DNA of 42,432 nucleotides. Origin: a virus (lineage: Duplodnaviria; Caudoviricetes). The stretch covers positions 1-42,432 of IMG/VR virus record IMGVR_UViG_3300028897_000455, one strand, 5' to 3'. The first letter of the stretch is position 1. Each line of letters opens with the position of its first letter. The notes beneath the pieces were generated by a model. That model was not told where the DNA came from. It ran no database searches and saw only the letters and a list, made by a program, of their open reading frames with translations. Positions 41,306-42,432 of this stretch are shown here, piece after piece. A program made the position numbers and the translations under genes.

Positions 41306-41770
41306 TTATTCTCCTTTATTAATATTAGATTCTAAAAATATTTGGATTTCATTTTTTATATTAAGTACTTTCTTTTTTAATTTAAGTAAATGTTTTGCAT
41401 GAGGTAAACTTTGAACAGGTTGTGAGTGAAGAATATTATAAACTGCTATTAAACATGAAGCATAATCATTTCGACGTTCACCATTAGTTTTTTTAATTAA
41501 TTGATTTAAATTTTTAGTAGAAACAACAACTTCTTTGACTGTTTCTGGTATTTCTTCAAACTCAGCACTCATTGAGTCTACTTTTCCAGACGCAAAAGCT
41601 TCATGTCCAGGGTCTTTGATGTTATTAACAAGACCAGAAGATTCATTGTGCTTAGATGAGCAGTTAGGACATTGTAGTCTGCCACCAATCTGCATTAACG
41701 GTCTTACTTGCTTTTCTTTGAGGTAACATTCCTTGCAGACACCTTTAGGATATTCTTCTTCAATCCCCAT
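41306..41770 (-). CDS. Zinc-finger-containing hypothetical protein, 154 aa
   Basis: CKEC...CPNC. AGGAGG SD. Confidence 0.7.
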   Translation of the reverse strand: MGIEEEYPKGVCKECYLKEKQVRPLMQIGGRLQCPNCSSKHNESSGLVNNIKDPGHEAFASGKVDSMSAEFEEIPETVKEVVVSTKNLNQLIKKTNGERRNDYASCLIAVYNILHSQPVQSLPHAKHLLKLKKKVLNIKNEIQIFLESNINKGE

Positions 41771-41778
41771 AAGTCCTC

Positions 41779-41883
41779 CTATACCTTTAATAGTGAATAA
41801 TAAAAGTATTTACTAGTTAGTGGATACTCAACTTTACAAGCGTAGCAAACTCTACTATTTGGAAATTCCGTTTTTCTTCTCAT
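41779..41883 (-). pseudogene. Truncated zinc-binding endonuclease-type N-terminus (MRRKTEFPNSRVCYACKVEYPLTSKYFYY...)
   Basis: CxxC...PLT..YF motif without the usual second CxxC or a nuclease domain. Confidence 0.4.
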
Positions 41884-42276
41884 AAGTTCTATATCCAGCT
41901 AATCCGAGGATTCCAAATAGTACGGTTGTAAGTATAGAAGTATCTATTTGTGGAATCATAAGAGACTTTCCAGTAAATAAAGGATAAAAGAATAAAATTA
42001 TAGGCTGTACTACAGTTAGCCATGTGAAAGCTAGTACGCATATCCAAGCTAAAACTGGTCGCCAAAGGGATTTAATAGGATTATCACTTTGTGCCTCAAT
42101 CTTATTGATTTCAGCTTGTGCAATATCAGATTGGATTAACGCTTTAACAAGTTCTCCTTCTTGCTCTACAAGCTTTAGCTGAAGTTCCATCTTTACTTTC
42201 TCACGCTCAGCAACATTTGGAATAATTCTATCCAAAACTTTTCCAACTATAGGCAATAAAGTTCCAATTAAAGGTA

Positions 42277-42280
<4 letters not shown>
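41855..42280 (-). CDS. Holin, 3-TM GTA-holin-like family
   Basis: Q.EIN..EA, WRP...W, and L.G.LG...YRT.EK..G motifs. GGAGG SD. Confidence 0.85.

Positions 42281-42432
<152 letters not shown>

Overview
This window looks like an essentially complete ~42.3 kb AT-rich dsDNA tailed phage genome (Caudoviricetes) with podovirus-like gene content. I see no tail tube, tape measure, integrase, RNA polymerase or reverse transcriptase. Both ends are poly-T runs on the same strand, and their flanks join into one plausible minus-strand gene, so the map probably closes into a circle. The genome has two arms that diverge from an AT-rich control region at ~3530-3940. The plus arm (3941-27082) carries TerS, small basic proteins, a tRNA-Met(CAT) with initiator features, TerL, portal, scaffold, an N4-gp56-type major capsid protein, large decoration/fibre proteins, adaptor, nozzle and three ejection-type proteins. 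The minus arm runs from 3521 to 1 and continues from 42432 to 27084. It carries many tiny early ORFs, an HTH regulator, a 3-TM holin, an octapeptide-repeat protein, SSB-like protein, PD-(D/E)xK nuclease, primase-polymerase/helicase, NDT-like protein, dNMP kinase, family A DNA polymerase, HNH, metallophosphoesterase, HtrA-like protease, M15 endolysin, a degenerate DUF5675-like protein and small membrane proteins. The most notable observations are: (1) a four-repeat Pho-box-like array placed exactly where PhoB-activated promoters have it, in front of the early/replication arm; (2) three different virion proteins that appear to be built by nested 'Russian-doll' domain insertion; (3) a long poly(dA) tract inside a gene at the contig junction; (4) several candidate structured RNAs, including an intergenic pseudoknot and a GC-rich element next to a non-canonical initiator tRNA. 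All family assignments come from motif recognition by eye, not from database searches.
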